From a virus: a stretch of 64,000 nt of DNA. The notes beneath the pieces were generated by a model, which was given only the letters and a program-made list of their open reading frames with translations, had not been told where the DNA came from and made no database searches. This document shows, one piece after another, positions 22,520 to 33,608 of the stretch. The position numbers were made by a program, and so were the translations under genes. The stretch lies in IMG/VR virus record IMGVR_UViG_3300020048_000073, positions 28,419-92,418 of that record. One strand, 5' to 3'. Position 1 is the first letter of the stretch. The number at the start of each line of letters is the position of its first letter.

Positions 22520-23539
22520 ATGACATACACATCAGGCGGACTAATACAAGCATCTGACTACAATGATTTTGCAGGTCAAGGCGCAACACTATTAAACACC
22601 AACAACGTGAATCGTGTTTGGGGCAACGGTACAGCCACATTTGGCTACGGACAAGGCGGATCAACACCTATTCCGGCTGTAGTCGGTGGAAACACTGTTG
22701 TCACTGCCTCGCAATGGTCCACTTTAAATAATATTATTACTTCTATTGCTAGTCATCAAGGTACCGCAATTACTTCAAGAGCAAATCCAGTTGTTGGTGA
22801 TACAATTAGCGTACTGGCAGCCCTGCAGAATGACATTACTAATATTAATCTTGCTCGAGGCAATTCAGCCACACTGGGGTCACAATACGCAATATGGACT
22901 GGCCCAGCATCACAAACATCAGGCACTGGCTCTGGAAGTAGTGCATGGAGTCTTACTTGGACTCAACGGATTAATTTCCCAACGGCAGCACAAGCCAATT
23001 GGTTTTTTAACTCTGGCGGATTAATTAAATGGCAGGTCAATAAAACATCTACTGGTACAGTAGCTGATCTTGCGTGGAATACGTTTATCAATAATGGTAT
23101 TAGTGATATTTTTATCACAGCAGGTAATCAAACTCAAAATATTGCTGGCATAAACTACACCGGAGTAACCAGAGTGGGCGGAACTATTGCTCCAACAACC
23201 TTTTTACCCACTGCTGGATATTACAATTTGACCTCCACACCTCAGATTATCTATCAAGTGTTTAACAACATTAGTCCCTATGGTGGCAATAATCTGCGTT
23301 TGATTGCCTCCATGAACGGCCCAGTTCAAATGTTATTAACTACAGTTTGGAGTAGTTCGGGTGGATCTGGACCAGGATCAACCAGTGCCATTACAGGTGG
23401 TAGTGATACTCCCAGCCCGTTTGTTGGTTTTGGCACGGCACCAACTACCCTAGTAACATACATTAATCCAGAAACTGTTAATTTGACAAACAGCTGGGGC
23501 ACGCCAACTATTGCTTACGACCCAATCAGCGTTGCGTAA
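22520..23539 (+). CDS. Virion structural protein
   Basis: 339 aa, G/T/S-rich, GYGQ and FFNSGG motifs. Last gene of the structural block. Confidence 0.55.
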   Translation: MTYTSGGLIQASDYNDFAGQGATLLNTNNVNRVWGNGTATFGYGQGGSTPIPAVVGGNTVVTASQWSTLNNIITSIASHQGTAITSRANPVVGDTISVLAALQNDITNINLARGNSATLGSQYAIWTGPASQTSGTGSGSSAWSLTWTQRINFPTAAQANWFFNSGGLIKWQVNKTSTGTVADLAWNTFINNGISDIFITAGNQTQNIAGINYTGVTRVGGTIAPTTFLPTAGYYNLTSTPQIIYQVFNNISPYGGNNLRLIASMNGPVQMLLTTVWSSSGGSGPGSTSAITGGSDTPSPFVGFGTAPTTLVTYINPETVNLTNSWGTPTIAYDPISVA

Positions 23540-23563
23540 TATCACTAAACGGTAAGATAGATC

Positions 23564-23592
23564 TTTACATCTAGTAGCAATTCTGTTAAAAT
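23564..23592 (+). promoter_or_regulatory. sigma70-type promoter TTTACA-N17-TAAAAT, probably leaderless
   Basis: -10 ends 6 nt before ATG 23599. Heads the modification operon. Confidence 0.55.
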
Positions 23593-23598
23593 AGTAGC

Positions 23599-23907
23599 AT
23601 GACAACTGAATCACTAATAGCCACAGCACGAGCTAGATTCGATCACGAATCAGCTCGCAGAGTTTTAAAAGAAAAATACCAAGCCAAACTAATATTTGCT
23701 CATGCAGGCGGAATGTGGCATGCTGGACCTGAACTATTGGCAACACTAAAATGTTGCTCCATAGATAAAGAAGTAGTCATTATGGATCTGTACGAAAACC
23801 CGGTTAAAATCAATACAAAAGAATTATGGAACCTAACCGCGCAACGATGGCAAGAACAAATGAATGCTTGGTTAGTAGAATATGAATTGTTAAACAAACA
23901 ACGATGA
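23599..23907 (+). CDS. Hypothetical protein
   Basis: 102-aa ORF coupled (ATGA) to the next gene. Confidence 0.7.
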   Translation: MTTESLIATARARFDHESARRVLKEKYQAKLIFAHAGGMWHAGPELLATLKCCSIDKEVVIMDLYENPVKINTKELWNLTAQRWQEQMNAWLVEYELLNKQR

Positions 23908-24689
23908 CTGGAGCCTTAATATTTGCCTTTAACAATGAGCAAATAGATTATCTCGGAATGGCACGTTGGTCAGCTAAAAATATTTTTAGACATTTGGGAA
24001 TACCCACTGCTATCGTAACCAACCAAAGTCAAACTCCGTACGATTACGAACATTTTATCTTAATTGATCCAACTGAAACCTCGGGTAGATATTTTAGCGA
24101 CTATGCCGACACACTAACGTGGTACAACGGCGATAGAATTAACGCCTATGAGTTAAGCCCGTGGGAAAAAACATTAGTGCTTGATGCTGATTATGTTGTG
24201 GCCAGCGATCAACTACTGTCAATTTTAGCATCCAATGAAGATTTTTTAGCATACAAAACAGCATATGATATTACTGGGACACAAGATTTTAAACAATTGA
24301 ACTCTTTTGGTGATTACAATATGCCCATGTATTGGGCCACAGTAATGATGTTTAATCGTAGTGTGTATGCTCAACAAGTGTTTGAAATGATGGCTATGAT
24401 TAAGCATAATTGGGATCATTACAGAAGCATTTACAAGTTTGCCAACGCAACATATCGAAATGATTACGCACTTAGTATTGCGTTAAACACACTTAACGGG
24501 CATACTCAGCAAATTAAAAATATTCCTTGGTCAATGCCCAGCTTGACTTTAGAACATAAACTTAGCAAAGTTGATACAGATGTTTATAGAGTTGATTATG
24601 TCAAAGATTCTAATGCACGCTACATCACAGTTAATACTGATTTTCATGCCATGTGCAAACAACAATTAGGAGGGGTAATTGAACATTAA
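23904..24689 (+). CDS. GT-A fold glycosyltransferase
   Basis: SPWEKTLVLDADY DxD motif and YRNDYA. Confidence 0.7.
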   Translation: MTGALIFAFNNEQIDYLGMARWSAKNIFRHLGIPTAIVTNQSQTPYDYEHFILIDPTETSGRYFSDYADTLTWYNGDRINAYELSPWEKTLVLDADYVVASDQLLSILASNEDFLAYKTAYDITGTQDFKQLNSFGDYNMPMYWATVMMFNRSVYAQQVFEMMAMIKHNWDHYRSIYKFANATYRNDYALSIALNTLNGHTQQIKNIPWSMPSLTLEHKLSKVDTDVYRVDYVKDSNARYITVNTDFHAMCKQQLGGVIEH

Positions 24690-25419
24690 AGCAGAAAGAG
24701 GATATTTGATACCTGCGTTTAACACCACTGACGTTGATTATGTTACTTGTGCTGAAAAACTACGTGATAGTATTTTAAAATTTCATCCCACCGCTGATGT
24801 AACAATATTACAAACACATGACTTGCCTTTTGGTGATTTAGGTGGATTTAAAAATGATTGGCAAGTGTTTTATGCAAGTCCTTACAGACAAACTATTAAA
24901 CTAGAAGCGGACATGATAGCAACTTCACCTATTGATCATTGGTGGACATTATTTGAAAATAAAGATGTGGTTGTAAGTCAAGGTTGTCGAGACATGTACA
25001 ATCAACCAGCTACATCAAGAGCGTACAGAAAAATTTTTGACAATAACAAGTTACCAGACGTGTACAATGCTATTACATATTGGCGATTGAGTACAACAGC
25101 ACAAACATTTTTTGACACAGTGCATTCAATATTCGAGTACTGGGATGATTACAAAAAAATACTTAAAATGTCAGATGATACACCTACTACTGATGTTGTT
25201 TATGCTATGGCTGTAAATATTGTTGGGTTTGATTTAGTAACCTTACCTAAAGGATTGGGGCCTACTATTGTACACATGAAACAACATATCAATGGATTAA
25301 TGACTGACAACTGGGTCAAAGAATTAATATGCGAGGATACTAATTGGGGTTTTAGAATTCACACTGTGGCACAGAATGGCCTTGTGCATTATCACATAAA
25401 GGATTTTGTGTGTGAGTAA
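24679..25419 (+). CDS. GT-A fold glycosyltransferase, paralogue of the previous gene
   Basis: SPYRQTIKLEADM (ExD variant), TTDVVYA, VHMK. Confidence 0.65.
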   Translation: MNIKAERGYLIPAFNTTDVDYVTCAEKLRDSILKFHPTADVTILQTHDLPFGDLGGFKNDWQVFYASPYRQTIKLEADMIATSPIDHWWTLFENKDVVVSQGCRDMYNQPATSRAYRKIFDNNKLPDVYNAITYWRLSTTAQTFFDTVHSIFEYWDDYKKILKMSDDTPTTDVVYAMAVNIVGFDLVTLPKGLGPTIVHMKQHINGLMTDNWVKELICEDTNWGFRIHTVAQNGLVHYHIKDFVCE

Positions 25420-25774
25420 TAAAATTGTACACAACGAACAAATGATGAATGAACAAGAATTTTGGGCTGCTCTAACGCCCATTCCGCCAAACAAAACTCA
25501 GTATCGACTGTACTACGATCAAAACGGGTTGCCGTTAAAATACAGTGTTGACGAAGAACCTGGAAACTACATCGAAGTAACTGCTTTTGAATATTTAAAA
25601 GCATCGTTTAAACTCAAAGTAAAAGATGAAGTTATTGTTTACCTTAAAGAACCAGCGGTACCAAAATTAGTAATAAGTACACACGGCACAGCAACACATT
25701 TAGATGACATTACAGTGCTTTCAGATAGTGTTGTTAATAACAAATGGAGTTTAAAGATTTATGAAGAAGATTGA
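25406..25774 (+). CDS. Hypothetical protein (start may be further downstream)
   Basis: Tightly packed ORF within the operon. Confidence 0.6.
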   Translation: MCVSNKIVHNEQMMNEQEFWAALTPIPPNKTQYRLYYDQNGLPLKYSVDEEPGNYIEVTAFEYLKASFKLKVKDEVIVYLKEPAVPKLVISTHGTATHLDDITVLSDSVVNNKWSLKIYEED

Positions 25775-26687
25775 TATTGCTGATTTAGATTGTATTTTTT
25801 TAACATATGACGAACCCAACAAAGATGAGTCGTGGGTTCGTATTAAAAATTTAATACCATGGGCTCGCCGTGTTGACGGAGTTAAAGGTAGTGATGCCGC
25901 ACACAAAGCAGCAGCCGAAGCCAGCGACACAGAAAGATTTGTATTAATCGACGGTGACAATATTCCTTATCCTAGCTTTTTTAATTTAACATTAGCGTTG
26001 CCTGATGAAGAATATGAGCAAGCAGTTTTTAGATGGCGCAGTAAAAATGTCATTAATGGGCTTATGTATGGTAACGGTGGACTAAGTTGTTGGACTAAAG
26101 AATTTGTGCGCAATATGAAAACTCATGAGGCTACAGATGGCAGAGAAGAAACAAAAGTTGAGTTTTGTTTTGATCCATTGTATTGGCCCATGTATGATTG
26201 CTACAGTGTAACGGCTCCAAACGCTAGCCCGTTTCAAGCATGGCGTGCTGGATTCCGCGAAGGTGTCAAAATGTGTCTTAACAAAGGAGTAAAACCGTCT
26301 CTGTCAGAATTCAAAGATGTGGCACATTTTAGAAATCTTGATAATTTAACAGTGTGGCACAATATAGGTCGCGATGTTGAAAATGGCATATGGGCTATTA
26401 CCGGCGCAAGAATGGGCACATACATGACCATGTTAACAGATTGGGATTACACTCTTGTACAAGACTTTTCTGCTCTGGCAGATTTATGGACTACTATTGA
26501 ATCAGATGATCCTGAAATTATTGCAGGTCGGGTATCAGAAGAATTGGTTAGCCAGTTAGACATACCTATTTCAATGTTTGGTGCCAACGAAAGTGAATTT
26601 TTTAAACACCATATGAATAAAAATTGGACGAATAAGGGAGTTATGATTAGAGAAATAGATGTAATAAGGCAACAAGAAGGATGGTAA
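25761..26687 (+). CDS. Glycosyltransferase-like protein (GT2-like)
   Basis: FLTYDEPN, RVDGVKG..AAH, VLIDGDN DxD, and AWRAGFREGVKM (shared with 37562-39565). Confidence 0.7.
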   Translation: MKKIDIADLDCIFLTYDEPNKDESWVRIKNLIPWARRVDGVKGSDAAHKAAAEASDTERFVLIDGDNIPYPSFFNLTLALPDEEYEQAVFRWRSKNVINGLMYGNGGLSCWTKEFVRNMKTHEATDGREETKVEFCFDPLYWPMYDCYSVTAPNASPFQAWRAGFREGVKMCLNKGVKPSLSEFKDVAHFRNLDNLTVWHNIGRDVENGIWAITGARMGTYMTMLTDWDYTLVQDFSALADLWTTIESDDPEIIAGRVSEELVSQLDIPISMFGANESEFFKHHMNKNWTNKGVMIREIDVIRQQEGW

Positions 26688-27340
26688 AACAATTAGTTGT
26701 CCTTGGAGATAGTTTTTGCCACGGTGTCGGTACTGTTTCCCCGTTTAAAAATCCTGAGAATACACAGTATGCTTTTGGCAAATACATTGCCGAAGCATTA
26801 AATTTAGAATATGTGAATTTAGCTGAACCAGGTACAAGCATCACACGTGCCGTGGAAGTAGGATACAACTATCTTAGTAAAAACAAAGACAATATTGAAC
26901 TTGTTATTATTGGGTGGACTCATCCGAGTAGGATAGGGTTTTACTCTGATACAGCAATGTTACAAATTTTACCGCAATATGTTTTACTTGGTGATTCTGC
27001 TGATGATGATGTTTTTGTTAGCACAGACGCAAACGTTAAATTTATTACAGATAAAAACAACCAAGCACATTTGTCTATGTTACCTCAAATACATAAAATA
27101 ATGGTAGGAAATAACTTTTTAGAATCACAGTTAAGTGTAAGTCAAGTGTCAGCTGAGTGTTTTAGGTCTTGGCTGCGTGAAAATAATATTAAATATTGTG
27201 ACTTTAACGTGTTTCCAGGAGGAGTAACTGGAGCCAACTGTTCGGTGACATTTGAGGATATTATGAAACCAACTAGGCACCCTACCAAGGAAGAACAACA
27301 AAAATTTGCTAACTTATTATTGAGTAAAATAAATGACTAA
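26681..27340 (+). CDS. SGNH/GDSL-type hydrolase or acyl-esterase-like protein
   Basis: VLGDSF block I, NLAEPG block II, C-terminal HP. Confidence 0.6.
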   Translation: MVKQLVVLGDSFCHGVGTVSPFKNPENTQYAFGKYIAEALNLEYVNLAEPGTSITRAVEVGYNYLSKNKDNIELVIIGWTHPSRIGFYSDTAMLQILPQYVLLGDSADDDVFVSTDANVKFITDKNNQAHLSMLPQIHKIMVGNNFLESQLSVSQVSAECFRSWLRENNIKYCDFNVFPGGVTGANCSVTFEDIMKPTRHPTKEEQQKFANLLLSKIND

Positions 27341-28703
27341 AAGTGTTTTTATGACTGGCGCAGAACACATGAAGGAACAATTAGGGCATGCGATGTGTTT
27401 GGCTAAATGGAAGCAAGTGAGTCTACATTTGCCCACAGGGCTTAATAACTCCTGCTATCATCCTCCTTTACATCCTATTCCTGTTGACAACTTAATAGAT
27501 AATCCAGGATCACTACACAATACTCCTTACAAAAAAGAACAAAGAAAAATAATGTTACGTCAAGAACGGCCACAGGAGTGCAGTTATTGTTGGAACATGG
27601 AAGACACGGGTAATCTCAGCGATAGACATTATCGTAGCGGTGAACCTTGGGCAGCTAAAGATTTTGAAACAATCACACATTCTACTGGAGATGAAGATGT
27701 TGTTCCTAGTTACGTTGAAGTTAATTTTAATCATGTTTGTAATCTTGCTTGTAGTTATTGTAGCCCTCAGTTTAGTAGCACTTGGCAACAGGAGGTTGAT
27801 ACGCATGGCGGTTACCCCACTAGCACTACTCATAATGACCCTGATCATTTTAGAGGTCGCAATAGGCCTATACCTGTTAGGGAGCATAACCCCTACGTAG
27901 AAGCCTTTTGGGCCTGGTGGCCAACTCTATATCCTGAACTAAAACATTTTCGAATGACTGGCGGTGAACCTTTGTTGGATAAAAATACCTACCGCGTATT
28001 TGACTATGTACTAGCCAATCCTAAATCTGACTTACATTTAAATGTTACAAGTAATTTTAGTGTAGATGAAAAATCTTGGCAAAAGTATTTAAATTATTGT
28101 AAGCAACTGTGTGAAGGTGAAAAAATAGAACATTTTATGCAGTATGTCAGTTTAGATACAGTAGGTGCTCAGGCAGAATACATACGTCATGGATTAAATT
28201 ACGATTTATTGTGGAAACGTGTAGAGCAGTTTTTAACTGAAGTACCATACCGCAATAGCTTGACATTTATTATTACAATGAATAATTTAAGTGTATCGGG
28301 TCTGCGTGAACTGTTGACTAACATTTTAGAATTGCGCAAACAACACAGCACAACATACCAGCGGGTGTGGTTTGACACTCCTGTCTTACGGCAGCCCGCA
28401 TGGCAAAGTTTACAGATACTACCTAAGAGTTATGTTTACAAATTAGAAGATACATTGACATGGATGAGAAATAATCCAGATACCGGCGACTTTTGTGGAT
28501 TTAAAGATTATGAATCACAGCGATTAGAACGTGATATATCTTGGATGTCACAACAACTGCCTGCTGACGTAGCCAACTTAAACAAAGCTGACTTTTACAA
28601 ATTTTTTAGTGAAGCTGATAGGAGACACAACACTGATTTTTTAAAAGTATTTCCTGAAATGGGAGAATTTTGGAAAGAATGCAAATATTATGCTGAAAGA
28701 TAA
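27333..28703 (+). CDS. Radical SAM protein with N-terminal SPASM/twitch-like domain
   Basis: CNLACSYC and TGGEP. N-terminal CLAKW..SCYH..CSYC. Confidence 0.9.
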   Translation: MTKSVFMTGAEHMKEQLGHAMCLAKWKQVSLHLPTGLNNSCYHPPLHPIPVDNLIDNPGSLHNTPYKKEQRKIMLRQERPQECSYCWNMEDTGNLSDRHYRSGEPWAAKDFETITHSTGDEDVVPSYVEVNFNHVCNLACSYCSPQFSSTWQQEVDTHGGYPTSTTHNDPDHFRGRNRPIPVREHNPYVEAFWAWWPTLYPELKHFRMTGGEPLLDKNTYRVFDYVLANPKSDLHLNVTSNFSVDEKSWQKYLNYCKQLCEGEKIEHFMQYVSLDTVGAQAEYIRHGLNYDLLWKRVEQFLTEVPYRNSLTFIITMNNLSVSGLRELLTNILELRKQHSTTYQRVWFDTPVLRQPAWQSLQILPKSYVYKLEDTLTWMRNNPDTGDFCGFKDYESQRLERDISWMSQQLPADVANLNKADFYKFFSEADRRHNTDFLKVFPEMGEFWKECKYYAER

Positions 28704-29757
28704 TATTAATCTTGTAGTTGATATTGAATGTGAAATTTATCATTTAATACGACATTTCCCTCATAAGAAATTTTACGATTTTTCTACAGAAACTATTGTA
28801 CCTGGCTCAGTTTACATAGTAAGTAGAGAACAATTTAAAAACAATGTAGCAAAAATTAGAGAACATATTGATCAGGCACATTTTGTGTTGAGTAATCCAG
28901 CTGAAGCATCTGAAACAATAAAACGTATGTGTGCAGAACTGTACGGTGTTGATGATTTATTTTTAAACAACAAACTAGCTATGATAAGCGGCGGCGATAT
29001 TGAAACCGGCTGGGCCAATTTAAAGTTTGAAAAATTTATTACCCTTATTAGGGAAGAACGCACAAATATAGAATCTGTTGGTAGAAGCAACGAAATTTAT
29101 TCAAAAATAGTTAAGCCCTACAAATTTTTATTTTTAAATGGGCGGGCAAGATATCATAGAATAGAAATGATTAAACGATTAGCACCACTGTTGCAACAAG
29201 CACTGTGGACCAACCTAGACACAGCGGCTGGCCCTATACATTTCTTGCCTCAAGAATATGAAATTACATCTTGTCATAAACACATGGTTGAATCTGGCGC
29301 AAGATTTGAAAAACCCAACTTGTTTCAAGGTAAAAACTGGGCTGACGGAATAATAAAAGCTGATCCCTACATTGACACATACTTTAGTGTAGTAACTGAA
29401 ACAGTTTTTGAATACCCTTACAGTTTTAGAACAGAAAAAATTTGGAAGCCGATAGCAATGGCACATCCTTGGATATGTTGCTCTAATTACGGCTTTTACA
29501 GAGATATTAAAAATTTAGGATTTAAAACGTTTGCACATCTTATTGACGAAAGTTTTGATACAATTTACAGTACACAAGATAGATTAGCTAGGCTTGAACA
29601 CGTAATAAAAGATTTATGCACACAGGATTTGCCTAGTTTTTTAGCAGCCGCGGAAGATACGTGTAAATACAATCAGTCCCATATGCGAGAACTAGTTCCA
29701 AAAATTATTTCTCAATTTCCGCAACAATTCACCGACTTTATTAATGAACGATACTGA
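28690..29757 (+). CDS. Glycosyltransferase-like protein (GT-B type C-terminus)
   Basis: KFLFLNGRAR.HR and YFSVVTET...TEKIWKPI....P motifs. Confidence 0.55.
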   Translation: MLKDNINLVVDIECEIYHLIRHFPHKKFYDFSTETIVPGSVYIVSREQFKNNVAKIREHIDQAHFVLSNPAEASETIKRMCAELYGVDDLFLNNKLAMISGGDIETGWANLKFEKFITLIREERTNIESVGRSNEIYSKIVKPYKFLFLNGRARYHRIEMIKRLAPLLQQALWTNLDTAAGPIHFLPQEYEITSCHKHMVESGARFEKPNLFQGKNWADGIIKADPYIDTYFSVVTETVFEYPYSFRTEKIWKPIAMAHPWICCSNYGFYRDIKNLGFKTFAHLIDESFDTIYSTQDRLARLEHVIKDLCTQDLPSFLAAAEDTCKYNQSHMRELVPKIISQFPQQFTDFINERY

Positions 29758-31084
29758 TTTTAAACAACAAGTATTAGATCCAAAAAGTGCCAGCTTCTGT
29801 GCGGCAAAATGGTACAACGCAACTATTTGGTTAGGTTCCGGACAAACCACAAGTTGTCATCATCCGCCGGCACACAGTATTGATTTAGAAGCTATCAAAA
29901 CCAACCCTAGAGCTATCCACAACACCGTACAAAAGAAAATGGACCGTAAACTTATGCAGGCTGGTGAACGTCCGGCAGGTTGCGAGTACTGCTGGAAGAT
30001 TGAAGACATGGGAAAAGACGCAATTAGCGACCGTGTTTACAAAAGCAAAATCTATCCTGTTGAAGCACTAAATGAAGCGTACAAAGAAGACTACCACAAT
30101 GACATTAATCTTAAAACTCTTGAAATCGCATTTGACAGAACTTGCCAGTTTGCTTGCTCTTACTGTAATCCTGCTTTTAGTTCTACATGGGTCAGGGATA
30201 TTAAAGTTAACGGTCCTTACACAAATCTTGTTAGTGATGGCAGGAACCATTTCACTCATACTCACGATGCCTCGCAACTCTACACCTATGGAGAAACAAA
30301 TCCCTACACAGAAGCTTTCTTCAAATGGTGGGATTCAGACTTACACAAGACGCTTCAAGAACTCCGCATTACAGGTGGAGAACCGCTTATGTCGGGTGAA
30401 ACGTGGAAGCTCATTGATTGGTTCAAAGCAAACAAAGGCAAATCGCAAACCAAATTAGCTATTAACAGCAACTTGGGCATGGATCGTATTAAATTACAAG
30501 AATTTATTACTAAGGTCAAAGATATACCGCATTTAGAAGTGTACACCAGCAACGAGGCATATGGCAAGCAAGCAGAATACATTCGTGATGGATTAGATTA
30601 CGATCTGTGGATGCACAATGTACAAGAGTTATTAGAACACAATAGTATTAAAGCATTACACGTTATGTGCACAATTAACGCACTTTGTTTAGATTCATTA
30701 CCGCACTTTTTAACGCAGTTAATGCGACTTAAACAAGTGTATGGTAAAGAACGTGTAAGTTTTACGCTAAACATTTTACGGTTTCCTAGTTTTCAAAGTC
30801 CGTTGGTGTTACCTGATGATCTACGCACACAATTTAAATACAAACTGACTGAATGGTTGGGTGTAAACATCACTAATCCGTTGTTACATGAACATGAAAT
30901 TAATCACACGCAACGATTAATAGATTATTTAGACGTGGTAAAAACACCGCATAGTGAAGCATTTGAAATGACTAAACTATTATTAGATTTTAAAAATTTT
31001 TACAGTCAATATGATGTTAGACGTAATAAGAATTTTAAAAAAACATTTTCAACATTAACAGAATGGTATGAACAAATACAATGA
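29744..31084 (+). CDS. Radical SAM protein with N-terminal SPASM/twitch-like domain
   Basis: CQFACSYC and TGGEP. N-terminal CAAKW..SCHH..CEYC. Confidence 0.9.
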   Translation: MNDTDFKQQVLDPKSASFCAAKWYNATIWLGSGQTTSCHHPPAHSIDLEAIKTNPRAIHNTVQKKMDRKLMQAGERPAGCEYCWKIEDMGKDAISDRVYKSKIYPVEALNEAYKEDYHNDINLKTLEIAFDRTCQFACSYCNPAFSSTWVRDIKVNGPYTNLVSDGRNHFTHTHDASQLYTYGETNPYTEAFFKWWDSDLHKTLQELRITGGEPLMSGETWKLIDWFKANKGKSQTKLAINSNLGMDRIKLQEFITKVKDIPHLEVYTSNEAYGKQAEYIRDGLDYDLWMHNVQELLEHNSIKALHVMCTINALCLDSLPHFLTQLMRLKQVYGKERVSFTLNILRFPSFQSPLVLPDDLRTQFKYKLTEWLGVNITNPLLHEHEINHTQRLIDYLDVVKTPHSEAFEMTKLLLDFKNFYSQYDVRRNKNFKKTFSTLTEWYEQIQ

Positions 31085-32397
31085 CAGATAACACTAAAAA
31101 ATACAATTGGAAAGATCGAGTACCCATGTACATCGGACTTAATAAATTGAATGACACTCAAAAATATCAACTTATGGATTCAGACAGTTTCTGTATGCTA
31201 CCGTGGATACACTTACACGCTTGGCCTGACGGCAAAGCATATCCGTGTTGTGTTGCAAAAGGTGAATATCCCGTAGGTAATTTCAAAGAAAAATCTATGA
31301 AGGAAATTTGGAATGACGACCCCATGCGACAACTTCGTGTTAATATGTTAGAAGATAAACCGTGTAAAGAATGCACTAATTGTTATGAGCAAGAAAACGC
31401 TGGGTTTTCAAGTAATCGTAACAGCATGAATAAACATTTTGGTCATCACATAGACTATATAGATCACACTTTACCTGATGGAACTGCACCTGATATGAAA
31501 ATACACTATTGGGATGTTCGATTCTCTAATATTTGTAATTTAAAATGTCGCAGTTGCGGTAGTATTTTTAGTAGTCGTTGGTACGATGATGATGTTAAAT
31601 TATGGGGCAAAGCATTACGTCCGCGGGTGCAGTTTGCTGGCAAACATGATGAAGATGTATGGGAACAAATGCAGGAGCACATTCCTTACTTAGAACAAAT
31701 TTACTTCGCTGGTGGCGAACCGTTAATAATGGAAGAACACAATCGTATTCTTAATTTGTTAATTGAGAAAGGCAATACAAAAGTTTTTTTAATTTACAAT
31801 ACAAATCTTACAGAATTTAAATTTAAAAAAGAAAGTGTATTGGAATTGTGGAAACATTTCCCCAAAGTGTGCGTGGGCGCAAGTTTAGATGATATGGGTG
31901 ATAGAGCAGCAATTATTCGTAGCGGAACTAAATGGGATCAGATAGAACAAAACATTAGAGATTTGAAACGAGAGTGTCCGCATGTTGATTTTATGATAAG
32001 CCCTACCTTGAGTATTTTGAACGTTTGGAATTTTACTAAATTTCATAGATATATGGTAGAACAAGGTTACATTAGGGCATGTGACATGAATGTGAACATT
32101 TTACAGGATCCTCAAGAATACAGAATAGACATTTTACCGCTGGACATTAAATTAAAACTTAAAGCAGAGTTTGAAGAACATTTAATATGGCTTAGGCAAC
32201 ACGATCATTTCCATCGTGCCACCGGTGGATTTGAGGCAGCCATTAATTTTATGATGGCGGATGACAAATCTGAATTACTACCTGATTTTTGGCGTACAAC
32301 ATCAGACTTAGACTGGTCACGTAATGAAAAACTAATTGATGCGGTTCCAGAATTAGCCCAGTTATTAAAATACAAGCCCGCTGACACAAGAGTATGA
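31081..32397 (+). CDS. Radical SAM protein with N-terminal SPASM/twitch-like domain
   Basis: CNLKCRSC and AGGEP. N-terminal CMLPW..PCC..CTNC. Confidence 0.9.
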   Translation: MTDNTKKYNWKDRVPMYIGLNKLNDTQKYQLMDSDSFCMLPWIHLHAWPDGKAYPCCVAKGEYPVGNFKEKSMKEIWNDDPMRQLRVNMLEDKPCKECTNCYEQENAGFSSNRNSMNKHFGHHIDYIDHTLPDGTAPDMKIHYWDVRFSNICNLKCRSCGSIFSSRWYDDDVKLWGKALRPRVQFAGKHDEDVWEQMQEHIPYLEQIYFAGGEPLIMEEHNRILNLLIEKGNTKVFLIYNTNLTEFKFKKESVLELWKHFPKVCVGASLDDMGDRAAIIRSGTKWDQIEQNIRDLKRECPHVDFMISPTLSILNVWNFTKFHRYMVEQGYIRACDMNVNILQDPQEYRIDILPLDIKLKLKAEFEEHLIWLRQHDHFHRATGGFEAAINFMMADDKSELLPDFWRTTSDLDWSRNEKLIDAVPELAQLLKYKPADTRV

Positions 32398-33608
32398 ATT
32401 TGCCCCACAACAAATTTTGTGTGTTGCCTTGGATCAGTTTAGAAACTAGTCCTATTGGCACTGTACGGCCCTGTTGTTTAGCAGAAGACGAACTATTAGA
32501 TAATGCGGGTGAAAAATTTGATCTAAATACTACATCACTCACCACGGTACAAAACAGTCATAGTATGCGCAAGTTACGGCAACGGTTCATTGATAAAGAA
32601 CAACCAGAAACTTGTAAGAAATGTTGGAATGAGGAACGTGCTGGTAGAGATAGTAAACGTATTCACACGCTTAATAGACTAAAGCACATTCTGCCTGAAC
32701 AAGATTGGACATTAGATGCTAAACCCCTAATGTTTTTAGATTTAAAGTTGGGCAATATTTGTAATCTTAAATGCCGTATTTGTGGCAGTTGGAGTTCAAG
32801 CACCTTTGCTACAGAAGAACTTAAATTTTTACCTGCGAACAGCAACAAAAAAGAAAGTAATCACTACACTATGCTGTCTAAAGGAGCATGGCCACGTGAA
32901 AATAAAACGTTTTGGGACGAAATAGATCGCATTATTAATGAAGTACGTTACATAGAGTTTACCGGTGGCGAACCGTTTATGATTAAAGAACATTTTGACT
33001 TGCTACGCTCCCTGGCAGAACGTGGCATGGCTAAGAATGTAGAAATACATTACAACACTAACGGAACACAGTTTCCTGAGTATGCGGAAGAAATTTGGAA
33101 ACACTTTAAGACAGTAGAGATAGCATTTAGTATTGACGACGTTGACAACCGTTTTGAATATCAACGTTCAGGTGCCAAATGGAACGAAGTATGCAACAAC
33201 ATAGCTAAGTTTAAAGAGATGAAACAACGTAACAAAAATATGCAGTTACAAGTATGTACTACTGTCAACGTTTTTAATGTGTATTATTTAGAAGAAGTTG
33301 CTAATTGGATAGACAAGCAAGGATTTGATTTTGTTTATTGGAATATGATGCACGAAGCTAGACATTTTAGTATATCAAGTTTGCCACAACAGGCAAAAAC
33401 AGCGATAACTTCTAAATTACAATCAGCGACGGTGTCAGATAGTACACACCAAGAGTTTAAACAAATAATAGATTTTATGAACAATGGAATAGAGTTATCT
33501 GGTGATAAATTAATAGCTGAAATAGCAGAAGTTGACCGTAGGCGTAACGAAAACCTAAAAACTGTAGCACCAGAGTTTGCTAAATTGATCAATTATGAAA
33601 AAGCCTGA
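32394..33608 (+). CDS. Radical SAM protein with N-terminal SPASM/twitch-like domain
   Basis: CNLKCRIC and TGGEP. N-terminal CVLPW..PCC..CKKC. Confidence 0.9.
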   Translation: MNLPHNKFCVLPWISLETSPIGTVRPCCLAEDELLDNAGEKFDLNTTSLTTVQNSHSMRKLRQRFIDKEQPETCKKCWNEERAGRDSKRIHTLNRLKHILPEQDWTLDAKPLMFLDLKLGNICNLKCRICGSWSSSTFATEELKFLPANSNKKESNHYTMLSKGAWPRENKTFWDEIDRIINEVRYIEFTGGEPFMIKEHFDLLRSLAERGMAKNVEIHYNTNGTQFPEYAEEIWKHFKTVEIAFSIDDVDNRFEYQRSGAKWNEVCNNIAKFKEMKQRNKNMQLQVCTTVNVFNVYYLEEVANWIDKQGFDFVYWNMMHEARHFSISSLPQQAKTAITSKLQSATVSDSTHQEFKQIIDFMNNGIELSGDKLIAEIAEVDRRRNENLKTVAPEFAKLINYEKA